From: Nitrospinales bacterium
GTDB taxonomy: Bacteria > Nitrospinota > Nitrospinia > Nitrospinales > VA-1
Direction: 5' to 3'
NCBI GenBank assembly: GCA_965223345.1
Contig: CBDCWG010000012.1
Span: 1,152,001-1,216,000 of the forward strand
Length of the DNA stretch: 64,000 bases
Part shown: positions 46,611 through 56,400 of the stretch, piece by piece
Numbering within the stretch: position 1 is the first letter of the stretch
How the letters are laid out: each line of letters starts with the position of its first letter
Position numbers and translations under genes: made by a program
Notes under the pieces: model-generated
The model's database searches: none
Seen by the model: only the letters and a program-made list of their open reading frames with translations
What the model was told of the DNA's origin: nothing

Positions 46611-47015
46611 TCATTCCAGAATTTTCTGGTAGTACGTGTCGGGGTCCTGCGGGTCGAACGTTTCATCGGTGTAGACGATCAGGACCATTTCCCGCTCGCC
46701 GTTGTTTTTGATGGCGTGCACGATTCCCGGCGTGATCTTGACGGTCTTCAGCGCGTTTTCTCCCATCAGGATCTCCTGTTCCTCTCCGGTGGCCAGATCC
46801 TTCAGCAGCAGGAGCCCGCTGCCTGTGGGGACGGAAAACCATTCGGTCTTGCGTTTGTGGTAATGGTTGCCGCGCACTTTTCCGGGGTGCGCGACGGACA
46901 CGTGCAGCTGGCCGAACTCCTTGGTCTGCGCCAGGTGGTGCTTGCCCAGCACTTCGAACAGCCAGCCGCGTTCGTCGGATTTTTTGTCCAGGTCCTGAAC
47001 CTGAATGCCCTTCAT
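46611..47015 (-). CDS. RmlC/WxcM-like cupin (sugar 3,5-epimerase; CapF/WbjC C-terminal domain equivalent)
   Basis: DERGWLFE, GQLHVSVAHPGKVRGNHYHKRKTEWF, PGIVHAIKN, FDPQDPDTY; ATG 47015. Confidence 0.85.
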   Translation of the reverse strand: MKGIQVQDLDKKSDERGWLFEVLGKHHLAQTKEFGQLHVSVAHPGKVRGNHYHKRKTEWFSVPTGSGLLLLKDLATGEEQEILMGENALKTVKITPGIVHAIKNNGEREMVLIVYTDETFDPQDPDTYYQKILE

Positions 47016-47881
47016 GAACCGTGCCCTTCCTTGAACCAGCGATAGGTGCTCAGGATGCCGCTCGCAAGCGACGTTTCGGGAGCCCACCGGTAGCGCTCTT
47101 GAAACCTGGAGGAATCGCACCAGTACGACACGCCGCCGTTTTCCTGCGGCCGGTAGGCGGGCTGCACGGGCGCACCGGCTCTCTGTATGGATTCCACCAC
47201 CTCGCGCAGGGTGGTGAGCTTTCCCGAGCCCACATTATACACGTTTTGACCGTCTTCGTCGGGCTGCGGGCGGGTTCGGGCGCGCAGCAGCGCACGGATC
47301 ACATCGTCTATGTATATGAAGTCGCGGCCCTGACGGCCGTCTCCGTCGATCGACAATTCGCGCTCGCCGGCGGCGCGGTCGCAGAACGTGGCGATCACCG
47401 AGTTGTAATCGGGACGGCAGCGCGGCCCGTACACGTTGGCGAGACGCAGGATGGCGTGCTCGAAGCCGGAGATGCGGATGAGGTCCTCGGCGGTCTTCTT
47501 GCTGATGCCGTACACCGTGTCCGGTTCGGCGGGCTGGGTTTCGCTGATCCCTTCCCGCCGGTGCTGCAGGCTGTACACCTGCGTCGAGGAGGCGAACACG
47601 ATCCGCGTGGCGGCGTTTCCGAAGGATTTGAGCGCGATCAAAAGGTGGAGCGTTCCCAGAACATTGCCGTGCAGGATGGCTTCGTCCGAACCGCGGTTCA
47701 CGCCGCCGAGGTGATAGATCAGGTCCTTGTGGCGGACGAATTCCTTGAGTTCCGCGGGCTGCGGCGGGCGGGTGGGGTCGGTTCTCGTGAAGGCGTGGAC
47801 GTCGCATCCGGGCCGGGATTGCAGGGCGCGCATCAGGTGCGAGCCGATGAAGCCGCGGGCTCCGGTTACGCCGACACGCAT
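47012..47881 (-). CDS. NAD-dependent epimerase/reductase (CapF/WbjC/FnlB N-terminal domain equivalent)
   Basis: VTGARGFIG, HLGGVNR, SSTQ, YGISK, LANVYGPRCRPDYNSVIATFC, IYIDDV; ATG 47881. Confidence 0.85.
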   Translation of the reverse strand: MRVGVTGARGFIGSHLMRALQSRPGCDVHAFTRTDPTRPPQPAELKEFVRHKDLIYHLGGVNRGSDEAILHGNVLGTLHLLIALKSFGNAATRIVFASSTQVYSLQHRREGISETQPAEPDTVYGISKKTAEDLIRISGFEHAILRLANVYGPRCRPDYNSVIATFCDRAAGERELSIDGDGRQGRDFIYIDDVIRALLRARTRPQPDEDGQNVYNVGSGKLTTLREVVESIQRAGAPVQPAYRPQENGGVSYWCDSSRFQERYRWAPETSLASGILSTYRWFKEGHGS

Positions 47882-48813
47882 AGGTCCCGCAGCTGATCTT
47901 TCAGCCGTTCGATCCCGGAAGGCAGATCGACTTTGGGTTTCCATCCCAACAGGGAGCGGGCTTTGGAATAATCGCAGAGCAGTTTGGGAATTTCCGATTG
48001 CGGGTGGTGGTGCTCGACAAAGCGGATGCGGCCCGGATCGGCGCACACCATGCGGGCGAGATCGATGACGGCGATGTCTTCTCCGGAACCGGCGTTGATC
48101 ACCTCACCGGTGGCGGCTTCGCACATCGAAGCCTTGTAGAGAAAATCCACGCAGTCTTCCACGTACAACAGGTCGCGGGTCTGGGTGCCGTCGCCGTAGA
48201 CGTTGAGGTCTTCGCCGTTCAACGTCTGGCGCACGAAGATGGAGACGACGCCGCCTTCCAGGTTGTATTTCTGGTAGGGGCCGTAGGTGTTGAACGGGCG
48301 GCAGGTGACGACGGGCAGGCCGTAGCTGTGGTGGTAGGACTGGGCCAGCACTTCCGCGGCGAGTTTCGACGCGGCGTAAGGGGAGACCGGTTTCAGCGGA
48401 TGGCATTCGTGGATGGGCTTGTGGCTTTCCGCCATGTCGTACACCATGCAGGTGCCCATGAGCATGACCTTGGTGCCGAGGGTGCGGCATTCTTCGAGGA
48501 TGTTGTAGGTGCCGTGTATGTTGATCGCGAACGCCTTGCTCGGGTTCTCCAGCGATTCGTGCACGTTGATCTGCGCGGCGAGGTGGTAGACGATGTCCGG
48601 CTTGGATTCGAACAGTGCGTGCAGGGCTTTTTCGTTGAGGATGTCGTCGTACACCACCCGCTTCAACAGCGGATGGCCGATGAATTCCTCCAGATTGCTC
48701 TCCATGCCGTTCTCGAGGTTGTCGATCACCGAGACCTCGATGTTTTCTTCGAGCAGTTTTTTCACGAGCCAGCGTCCGATGAAGCCGGCCCCGCCTGTCA
48801 CGAGTGCTTTCAT
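47866..48813 (-). CDS. NAD-dependent nucleotide-sugar epimerase/dehydratase (extended SDR)
   Basis: VTGGAGFIG, HLAAQI, GTCMVY, SPYAASK, RPFNTYGP, GDGTQTRD; ATG 48813. Confidence 0.9.
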   Translation of the reverse strand: MKALVTGGAGFIGRWLVKKLLEENIEVSVIDNLENGMESNLEEFIGHPLLKRVVYDDILNEKALHALFESKPDIVYHLAAQINVHESLENPSKAFAINIHGTYNILEECRTLGTKVMLMGTCMVYDMAESHKPIHECHPLKPVSPYAASKLAAEVLAQSYHHSYGLPVVTCRPFNTYGPYQKYNLEGGVVSIFVRQTLNGEDLNVYGDGTQTRDLLYVEDCVDFLYKASMCEAATGEVINAGSGEDIAVIDLARMVCADPGRIRFVEHHHPQSEIPKLLCDYSKARSLLGWKPKVDLPSGIERLKDQLRDLCVSA

Positions 48814-49766
48814 ATGAGTTGCCTGTACCATTGGATGGTCCGTTTCAGCCCGTCTTCCAGCGTGAACCGGGGTTCCCATCCGGTCTTCTCGTGAATCAGG
48901 GAATAGTCCGCTTCCAGGGACATCAGGTCCGCGGAGCGGCCGGGACGGTTGTCGATGCGGGACTTGGAGCCGGTCATGTCCTTGATCAGCTCCGCCAGCG
49001 ATTTGATGGAGGTCTGCTTGTTGGTGCCGATGTTGAACACCTCTCCCGAAAACCGCTTGTCCTTGGTGATGACGAGGGAGTAGGCCCGGACGGCGTCTTT
49101 GATGTACTGGAAATCCCGGGTCTGCTCGCCGCTGTCGTGAATGATGATGGGTTGTTGCTTCAGCGCGTCGAGGATGAATTTGGAGATCACGCCGGCGTGG
49201 TTGGAGATGTCCTGGTTCTCACCGAAGGTGTTGAAGTTGCGGATCACCACCACGGGATATTTGTACCACTCGTGCATGGCCTTGCAGTGTTTTTCGGCGG
49301 CCAGCTTGGTGACGGCGTAGATGCTGCGCGGCAGCATCGGGTGGTTGATGTCCATCGGCGTGTAGATGGGGTTGCCGAACACCTCCGGAGACGAGGCGTA
49401 GACCATCAGTGGCCAGTTTTTGGTGCGCACCAGGGACTGAACGAGGCGGAAGGTGCCCCACTCGTTGTTCTTGAAATATTCGTTCGCCTGTTCCATCGAC
49501 TCGGGGATGGAAATGTGCGCGGCCAGGTGCACCACCGCGTCCAGGTTCATGCGGTCGAGTTCCTCGACGGTCAGGTGGTAGAATTTTTTGCGGATCAACT
49601 GGAATTTTTTATGGAACCCGGAGGATTTGATGAAGGGGTCCTTCTGGAAAAACTTGCGGGAGAAATCGTCCACCCCGATGATGTGTGCCACATCGGGCCG
49701 TTGAGCGAGTTCGTCCACCAGGTGGATGCCGTACAAACCTGCAGCGCCCGTGACCAGGATTCGCAT
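48810..49766 (-). CDS. NAD-dependent nucleotide-sugar epimerase/dehydratase (extended SDR)
   Basis: VTGAAGLYG, HLAAHISIPES, ASSPEVFG, IYAVTK, RNFNTFG, GEQTRDF. Confidence 0.9.
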   Translation of the reverse strand: MRILVTGAAGLYGIHLVDELAQRPDVAHIIGVDDFSRKFFQKDPFIKSSGFHKKFQLIRKKFYHLTVEELDRMNLDAVVHLAAHISIPESMEQANEYFKNNEWGTFRLVQSLVRTKNWPLMVYASSPEVFGNPIYTPMDINHPMLPRSIYAVTKLAAEKHCKAMHEWYKYPVVVIRNFNTFGENQDISNHAGVISKFILDALKQQPIIIHDSGEQTRDFQYIKDAVRAYSLVITKDKRFSGEVFNIGTNKQTSIKSLAELIKDMTGSKSRIDNRPGRSADLMSLEADYSLIHEKTGWEPRFTLEDGLKRTIQWYRQLI

Positions 49767-49907
49767 TGTTGCTTCGCCTTTATCGATCGAGTGGAAGAAA
49801 CCTTCTGATGCCGCGGCGGTTTGATAATGCTGCGGGGTTTTGCTACCCTTTGCCGTTCCCTGTCTTTATATTTGACGGCACTCTTCAGCTTGAGCTTGAG
49901 CGTTCTT

Positions 49908-51041
49908 ATGACCCGGACCGGAAATTTTTTTTGTATGTGCCTCGTTTTGTCGGCGGCCGGGCTCTGGCCCGCGAACGTCCCGGCGGAAACCGAAGAGACG
50001 CGGCCGTTTCGGGAGGCGCGCCCCGGATACGTCTATCAGTTTCCCCGCGACCATTTTTCGCACGACGATTTCCGCATCGAATGGTGGTACTACACGGGCA
50101 ATCTGAAAACCAAAACGCAACGGGAGTTCGGATACCAGCTCACGTTTTTCCGGGTCGCCCTGGAAGGCGAGGAAAAAATTCTCAATCCTTCCAAATGGAA
50201 AGTGGATCAGGTGTACTTCGCGCATCTCACGGTTTCCGACATCGCGGGCGAGCGCTTTCATTTTTTCGAGCGCATCAACCGCAAAGGCCTTGGGCATGCG
50301 GGTGCGGCGACCGACCGGTTGCACGTCTGGAACGAGGACTGGGTGCTCACAGAAGAAGGCGGTTCGCACCGCATGCAAGCGCTGGAAAACGGCACCGGGG
50401 TCGATCTTGTGCTCACGCCGCTCAAGGATCCTGTGATCCACGGGGAAGGCGGGATCAGCCGCAAAGGCGACGATGTGGGGAACGCGTCGCATTATTTTTC
50501 CTTCACCCGCATGCGCACAGAAGGGACCGTGCACGTGAACGGGGAGGCGCATGCTGTGGAGGGCATCAGCTGGATGGACCGGGAGTTTTCCAGCAATCCG
50601 ATGCACCCCGATCTGAGAGGCTGGGACTGGTATTCCCTGAAACTGGACAACGGCATGGAACTCATGCTGTACCAGTTGCGCAGGAAAGACGGCAGCGTCG
50701 ATCCTCATTCCAGCGGAACGCTGGTCCTGAAAGACGGAGCGAAACGCCACCTGGAACTCAAGGAATTCGAAGTCGAGGTGCTGGATCACTGGAAAAGCGA
50801 TCACACGCAGATCACTTATCCGGCGGGCTGGCGCATCCGCATTCAAGGCGAAGACGCCGAGCTGCGCCTGCGGCCGGACCTCGCCGATCAGGAGCTTTAC
50901 CAATTGCGTTCGATCTCGGGGGCCTACTGGGAGGGCAGCGTGACGATGGAGGGCACGTTCCGGGGCGAGCCGGTGCGGGGCAAAGGCTACGTCGAACTGG
51001 TGGGCTACGGAGCGGCTCTGGTGCAAGAACTGCCGAAATAA
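49908..51041 (+). CDS. Secreted lipocalin-like / AttH / CrtC-like protein
   Basis: FPRDHFSH...EWWYYTGNL, FGYQLTFFR, SWMDREFSS, GWDW, YWEG, GKGYVELVGY; signal peptide; start uncertain (49821/49908/49935). Confidence 0.85.
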   Translation: MTRTGNFFCMCLVLSAAGLWPANVPAETEETRPFREARPGYVYQFPRDHFSHDDFRIEWWYYTGNLKTKTQREFGYQLTFFRVALEGEEKILNPSKWKVDQVYFAHLTVSDIAGERFHFFERINRKGLGHAGAATDRLHVWNEDWVLTEEGGSHRMQALENGTGVDLVLTPLKDPVIHGEGGISRKGDDVGNASHYFSFTRMRTEGTVHVNGEAHAVEGISWMDREFSSNPMHPDLRGWDWYSLKLDNGMELMLYQLRRKDGSVDPHSSGTLVLKDGAKRHLELKEFEVEVLDHWKSDHTQITYPAGWRIRIQGEDAELRLRPDLADQELYQLRSISGAYWEGSVTMEGTFRGEPVRGKGYVELVGYGAALVQELPK

Positions 51042-51057
51042 ATGTGACGCGCAATAA

Positions 51058-51852
51058 TTAGCCGGATGCTTGCGGAGGGATCAGAAGGCTCAGGCAGGTG
51101 ATGGCGCCGTCGGCTTTTTCAAACTCGCTCATCTCAAGCTCCACCACATCATAGTTCAACGCTTCGATGCGTTTGGCCAGACGGGAAAAACCGGCCGCCA
51201 TCAGCACCGTCTTTCCCACAGTCAGGCAATTGGCCCCGTAGGCCTCTTCTTCCTGCACCTCGATCCAGTCGAAACTCTCAAGCGGCTGCGTTTCCACTCG
51301 CGACGGCGCCAGCAGCAGCCGATTGCTTCCCAAATAGCTGACCGAGCTTTTCAGGTGCAGTCCCTGGTGCACGCCGACGGTCACCACCGGTTTGCCGGAC
51401 ACCTGTTCGAGCGTGTCCACGCAGTGCACGCCGGTGCGTGACGATTGCCCGACGTACAGCGTGTCTTCCGTGTCCAGCACGTCGCCGCCGTCCAGCGTGG
51501 CGGGAGCCGCAAGATACGTCAGTTTGCGATAGGGCTTGAGAGCCTGGGCCACCGAAGCGGTTTCGTCCTGGCGGCTGGTTTCTTTCAAGGTGCAGATCAA
51601 CGCCCGTTCAGGAAAGATGAGCGCCGTGTCCTCGATGAAGGGCGCGTCTGGGCAGTCTTTAAGCGGCGGCAGCGTTTCGATGTGCGCGCCGGCGGATTGC
51701 AGGGCTTCCACGTAGCGTTCGTGTTGCCGGCGGGCGCGCCGCCAGTCGATGCGGTGTCTGTGCGGATGCTTTGAGAGGGCGCGGACGAACTCGGGACCGG
51801 GGGCTCTCACCAGCGCGGTTATCGGGGGCGTTTCGGGATTCGGCGGGGTCAC
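51058..51852 (-). CDS. Dimethylarginine dimethylaminohydrolase (DDAH)-like amidinohydrolase
   Basis: PDAPFIEDTA, LDGGDV, LHLKS, EFEKADGAITCLS (Asp-His-Cys triad). Confidence 0.88.
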   Translation of the reverse strand: MTPPNPETPPITALVRAPGPEFVRALSKHPHRHRIDWRRARRQHERYVEALQSAGAHIETLPPLKDCPDAPFIEDTALIFPERALICTLKETSRQDETASVAQALKPYRKLTYLAAPATLDGGDVLDTEDTLYVGQSSRTGVHCVDTLEQVSGKPVVTVGVHQGLHLKSSVSYLGSNRLLLAPSRVETQPLESFDWIEVQEEEAYGANCLTVGKTVLMAAGFSRLAKRIEALNYDVVELEMSEFEKADGAITCLSLLIPPQASG

Positions 51853-51882
51853 GTCGGCGTCTCCCGGCGGATGGTGGCGGAG

Positions 51883-52356
51883 TCAGTCGCAGGTGCGGGT
51901 GTTCATCAAGCGCGAGAAATAAAGCATGGGCATGGCTTTTTTGGCGCCGCGGATGATTTTCATCGTCGCTTTGCTGGGTTTGAGGCCGGAGCGGGTGTTT
52001 TCCGGCCGCGCCACGTACACCAGCCCGTTGACCTGGTTGAAATCGTGCCGCGTGAACCGCATGACCTTGCGCTGATACTGCTTCGGCGCTTCGTGGATCT
52101 CGTCCAGCCGCGGCAGGAACGACGCGTCCACTTCGTACATCACGCCGAACATCATGCCCGCGCTGCTGGGCGTCGGTTCGATGTTCGGCATTCCCAGGCC
52201 TTCGGGAGCCCCCTCTTCGGTGGGAATTTTGTTGAAGGCCACTTCCCAGGCCGAGAGCGTCACCGATGACTTGGCGATGTATTCCAGCTTCTGTTGCTTG
52301 AAATACTCCTCGTTCATCAATTCGCCGTACGCAAAAAAATTGATCACATCCGCCAT
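51883..52356 (-). CDS. Gamma-glutamylcyclotransferase (GGCT/AIG2-like) family protein
   Basis: FFAYGELMN, FNK, GVMYEV, LDEIHEAPKQYQR, KPSKA. Confidence 0.75.
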   Translation of the reverse strand: MADVINFFAYGELMNEEYFKQQKLEYIAKSSVTLSAWEVAFNKIPTEEGAPEGLGMPNIEPTPSSAGMMFGVMYEVDASFLPRLDEIHEAPKQYQRKVMRFTRHDFNQVNGLVYVARPENTRSGLKPSKATMKIIRGAKKAMPMLYFSRLMNTRTCD

Positions 52357-52430
52357 CGAAGTTCCCTCAACGAAAAAAAAGCAAAAAAATGATAAAACCC
52401 TTTTACTAGCAATGAGTTACGGTTAAGGTG

Positions 52431-52459
52431 TTGCCGGTGCAGGGCGATTGTGCTAGTAT
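52431..52459 (+). promoter_or_regulatory. Putative sigma70 promoter for trxA
   Basis: TTGCCG, 17 bp, extended -10 TGcTAGTAT. Confidence 0.45.
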
Positions 52460-52648
52460 CTACAAAATTATCCGCATCGTACAGTCACTTTTGCCATCTA
52501 ATTCAAGAGTAAACGAGTCTTCTTTTCAAGTGGAAAGTCCTTCTTGAAGCGGACTTTTTTGGAATGGCCCCTTCGACCCACCGGAAGGCACTTCGGTGGA
52601 CCGTACTGATTTCCGAGAATCTTTTTTAATTTCACACAGGAGAATTTT

Positions 52649-52999
52649 ATGGCAGCCGGTAAAGTCGCTACCGTTTCCGACGATGAATTCGAAAGCTCCG
52701 TGATCAACAACGGAAAACCCGTTCTGGTGGACTTTTGGGCGGAATGGTGCCAACCCTGCAAAATGCTCGCTCCCACGGTGGAAGAGATCGCCGGGGAGTA
52801 TGAAGATAAAGTGTTCGTCAGCAAGCTCAACGTCGATGACAACCCCAACACGGCCACCAAGTACGGCATCCGCGGGATTCCCACGCTTTTGTTTTTCAAA
52901 GATGGAAAAGTGGTTCAGCAGCTGGTGGGTGTGAAAACGAAAGCGGAGATCAAAAAAGTCATCGAAGAGGATCTGTTGACGCCTTCTCAGACCGCCTGA
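52649..52999 (+). CDS. trxA: Thioredoxin
   Basis: VLVDFWAEWCQPCKM, KLNVDDN, YGIRGIPTLLFFKDG; AGGAG RBS. Confidence 0.93.
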   Translation: MAAGKVATVSDDEFESSVINNGKPVLVDFWAEWCQPCKMLAPTVEEIAGEYEDKVFVSKLNVDDNPNTATKYGIRGIPTLLFFKDGKVVQQLVGVKTKAEIKKVIEEDLLTPSQTA

Positions 53000-53032
53000 G
53001 GTCTGTCACACTTTTAGATCTGAAAAAACTGG

Positions 53033-53067
53033 AAAGCCGGGTTGTGTGTTCTCCCCCGGCTTTTTTT
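53033..53067 (+). terminator. Intrinsic terminator after trxA (between convergent trxA and bioB)
   Basis: AAAGCCGGG...CCCGGCTTTTTTT. Confidence 0.7.
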
Positions 53068-53143
53068 CATTTCTTTTTTCTAACACCTTCCCGCAACCGC
53101 AACGCTCCCTCCGTCCTTCGCGTGCAAAGCGCCGCCGCTCGAT

Positions 53144-54151
53144 TCATTGAGAAAACTGAATCGAATCGGCAACCGGTGTGAGGCCCAGCGATTCGATCAT
53201 TTCCCGGTCCTTTTTGGGGTCCTGTCCTTTGGTGGTCAGGTAGTTGCCTCCGAGAATGCCGTTGGCTCCGGCGGCGAACAGTTTCTCCTGATGGTTGCTG
53301 AACACCTCTTCGCGGCCGCCGCACACGAACAGATCCATTTTGGGAAGAACCAGCCGCAACAGCGCGATGGTGAGCAGCGCATCGCGCAGCTCGATGACGG
53401 AAAGGTGATCGAGACCGGTGCCGTCGATGGGTTTTAAAAAGTTGATCGGGAAAGACTGGGTGTCGAGTTCCTTGATGTCGAACGCCAGTTCCACCCGCTG
53501 GGCGTGGCTTTCGCCCATGCCGAAAATGCCGCCGACGCACACCGGCAGCCCCACCTGCTGGGCGTTCTTCACGGCCTGCACTTCATCCTTGTAGCTGTGC
53601 GTGGTGACGATGTTTTTGAAATGGCTGGCCGCCGTTTCCAGATTGTGGTGGCAGCGGTCGAGACCCGCGTCTTTCAGCTCCTGCATGTTTTCTTTGCTCA
53701 TCAGTCCCAGCGAGCAACAGGTCTCCAGCTTGGTTTCCGCCTTGATGCGGCGGATGGCCTGCTTCACTTTTTCCAGCTCTTGCGGGCTGTCCATGGACGT
53801 GCCGGAGGCGACGATGGAAAATTCGTTGGCGCCGAAGGATTCGGCTTCCTTCGCCGCGGCGACGATCTGCTCCACGTCCATGAGTTCGTACTCGGGCGAT
53901 TCGGTCTGAAAGCTGCTGGATTGCGCGCAGAACGAGCAGTCCTCGACGCATTTTCCGGATTTGGCGTTGACGATGGAGCAGATCTTGACTTCATCGCCCT
54001 TGAAGCGGTCGCGGATTTTGTCGGTTCCGAGAAACAGGTAGTCCAGCTCTTCTTGGCTCAACGTTTCCAGCGCCAGCGCCTGCTCCCTGGAGATTCCCTG
54101 CCCGTTGAGGGCGGTGTCGATCATGGAGTCGATCAGTTCTTGTCTCATCAT
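53144..54151 (-). CDS. bioB: Biotin synthase
   Basis: NAKSGKCVEDCSFCAQS, CSLG, HHNLET, CVGGIFGMGE, PINFL, GGRE, GNYLTTKG. Confidence 0.93.
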   Translation of the reverse strand: MMRQELIDSMIDTALNGQGISREQALALETLSQEELDYLFLGTDKIRDRFKGDEVKICSIVNAKSGKCVEDCSFCAQSSSFQTESPEYELMDVEQIVAAAKEAESFGANEFSIVASGTSMDSPQELEKVKQAIRRIKAETKLETCCSLGLMSKENMQELKDAGLDRCHHNLETAASHFKNIVTTHSYKDEVQAVKNAQQVGLPVCVGGIFGMGESHAQRVELAFDIKELDTQSFPINFLKPIDGTGLDHLSVIELRDALLTIALLRLVLPKMDLFVCGGREEVFSNHQEKLFAAGANGILGGNYLTTKGQDPKKDREMIESLGLTPVADSIQFSQ

Positions 54152-54297
54152 TAAAAATCCGCGGGTTTGCGAAACCGGTTATTAACAGGACCTGCAATCA
54201 TCCGTTTCGCCTCATTCGGTGAATCATTGCAGTGCCTTATGGGTGAAGGATTTCCTGAGATACTACCACTGAAAAGCCCCCCGGAGCAACTTCCGTC

Positions 54298-56385
54298 TCA
54301 TTCGTTATCATATTGCAGGAGCTCGACCAGCGCCTCGGTGGTGGTGACGGGGTTGAGGCAGGTGCCCTGCCGGCACACGTAGGCGGCGGGTTTGCCGTTT
54401 TGCGCTTTGCGCCCGGCCAGAAGCGGGACATCGGCGGCCGCCTGCTGCACTTCGTCGGAGGCGGCGAAGGCGAACACGGCGTTGGGAAAAAACTGCGTGC
54501 GGATGGTCCGCAGCATTTTCCGGGTTTCCGGATGTTCGGGCGGGCCGACGATGGCGACTTCCTTCAGGCCGCCCAGGTAAAGGTGCAGCGCCTGCATCAT
54601 GAAGGAGGAGTTCATGCCGAACTCCATCAGGTCTTCGTAAAACGTCGTGAAGATCCGTTCCGCCCGCCCGATCAGCGCGGGGTCCTGTTTGTATGCGGCC
54701 AGCCGCAGCCAGGCCAGCGCCGCGTTGCTGTTTCCCGAAGGCTCCACGCCGTCGTATCCGGAGGTTTGCCGGACGATCAGGTTTTCCGCATCGTGACCGG
54801 TTTCGTAATATGCGCCGGGGGAGGCAAACCGTTCCTCCACCTGCTGCATCAATTCGGATGCGGCGCGGATGTGCTTGGGATTGTAGGTGGCTTCGTACAG
54901 ATCGAGGCAGGCCACTGCTATCGCGGTGTGGTCGAACAGATAGCCGTCGTAGCGCGCTTCGCCTTCCCGGTGGCGGCGCAGCAGGCGGCCGCGGCTGTCG
55001 CGCAGGTGCGTCAGGATGAAATCCATCGCCTTCTCGGCTTTCTGGATGCGGTCGGCATCGTCGAGCACGCGTCCGGTTTTCGCCATGGCCGTGATCATCA
55101 GACCGTTCCAGGAGGTCAGGATCTTGTCGTCCAGCAGCGGACGGATGCGCTTGCTGCGCGCCTCGAGCAGCAGGCTGCGGGCGCGGGCGATTTCCTGCTC
55201 GGCCATCTCTTCCTGGATTCCCAGCTGTCTGGCGATCTGCTCCAGCGGCTGCGTGACGTTGGGGATGTTCTTGCCTTTGAAGTTGCCGCCTTCGGTGATG
55301 TTGTAATAGGCGACGGCGACGCTTGCGGTCTTGTGCCCGAGGATTTCCTGAAATTCCTTGAGCGTCCACACGTAAAACTTGCCCTCGACGCCTTCGCTGT
55401 CGGCGTCCTCGGCGCTGAAAAACGCGCCGTCTTCGGAGGTCATGTCGCGGTCGATGTAGTGCAGCACGTCGTTGGCGTGGTCTGCGAATTCGGTTTTTCC
55501 CGTCACCTGGAACGCTTCGATCAGAGCGGTGACGAACAGCGCGTTGTCGTACAGCATTTTTTCAAAATGCGGCACGAGCCATTTGTAGTCGGTGCTGTAG
55601 CGCGACAGACCGCCGCCGATCTGATCGTAGATGCCGCCGTTCTTCATCGCCTTGAGCGTGTTTTCGGTCATCTCCAGAGCGCGTGCGTCGCCGGTGCGTT
55701 TGTGATGGCGCAACAGCAGCGACAAGCCCATCGACGGGGGGAATTTGTTCTGCTGCTGGAAGGCAAAGCCGTGGTTCAGGGAATCGTAATGCCGGTTGTA
55801 CAGCTCGACGGCTTTGTCCTCACCTTCGAACGACAGGGTGTCCAGCGAACCGGGCTTCGTCTGCTTTTCCGAGGACTGCTTGATGGCTTTAACCAGCGCC
55901 GCGCCCTGTTTTTCCACTTTTTCGTATTCGTTGTTCCAGGTGTTGGAAAGAAACTGCAGCACATCGCGGAACGAGGGCAGATTGAACCGCCTTTCGGGAG
56001 GAAAGTAGGTGCCGCCGTAGAAGGGAATGCCTTCGGGGGTGACGAAGACGTTGAGCGGCCAGCCGCCCTGCTGTCCCAGGTTCTGCAGCGCCTGCATGTA
56101 GATGCTGTCCACATCCGGTCTTTCTTCGCGGTCCACCTTGATGCTCACGAAATGTTCGTTGAGAAATTTCGCCAGGTGCGGGTCTTCGAAGGATTCGCGT
56201 TCCATCACGTGACACCAGTGGCAGGTGGCGTAGCCGATGCTCACCAGCACGGGCAGGTTTTTTTCCTTCGAGATGCGGAACGGTTCCTCGCCCCAGGGGT
56301 GCCAGTCCACCGGGTTGTGCGCGTGCTGCAACAGGTAGGGGCTTTTCTCGTGCACCAGTTTGTTGGTGTAGGGGTGTGTGTCCAA
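54298..56385 (-). CDS. Thioredoxin domain-containing YyaL/SSP411 (DUF255 + six-hairpin) protein
   Basis: [66 protein letters not shown]. Confidence 0.93.
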   Translation of the reverse strand: MDTHPYTNKLVHEKSPYLLQHAHNPVDWHPWGEEPFRISKEKNLPVLVSIGYATCHWCHVMERESFEDPHLAKFLNEHFVSIKVDREERPDVDSIYMQALQNLGQQGGWPLNVFVTPEGIPFYGGTYFPPERRFNLPSFRDVLQFLSNTWNNEYEKVEKQGAALVKAIKQSSEKQTKPGSLDTLSFEGEDKAVELYNRHYDSLNHGFAFQQQNKFPPSMGLSLLLRHHKRTGDARALEMTENTLKAMKNGGIYDQIGGGLSRYSTDYKWLVPHFEKMLYDNALFVTALIEAFQVTGKTEFADHANDVLHYIDRDMTSEDGAFFSAEDADSEGVEGKFYVWTLKEFQEILGHKTASVAVAYYNITEGGNFKGKNIPNVTQPLEQIARQLGIQEEMAEQEIARARSLLLEARSKRIRPLLDDKILTSWNGLMITAMAKTGRVLDDADRIQKAEKAMDFILTHLRDSRGRLLRRHREGEARYDGYLFDHTAIAVACLDLYEATYNPKHIRAASELMQQVEERFASPGAYYETGHDAENLIVRQTSGYDGVEPSGNSNAALAWLRLAAYKQDPALIGRAERIFTTFYEDLMEFGMNSSFMMQALHLYLGGLKEVAIVGPPEHPETRKMLRTIRTQFFPNAVFAFAASDEVQQAAADVPLLAGRKAQNGKPAAYVCRQGTCLNPVTTTEALVELLQYDNE

Positions 56386-56400
56386 AAGAGTCCTGCTTAT

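Noticed and set aside
49908..51041. Carotenoid biosynthesis (crtC) assignment
   Set aside because: No other crt genes nearby; the family is widespread as secreted AttH/lipocalin-like proteins of unknown function.
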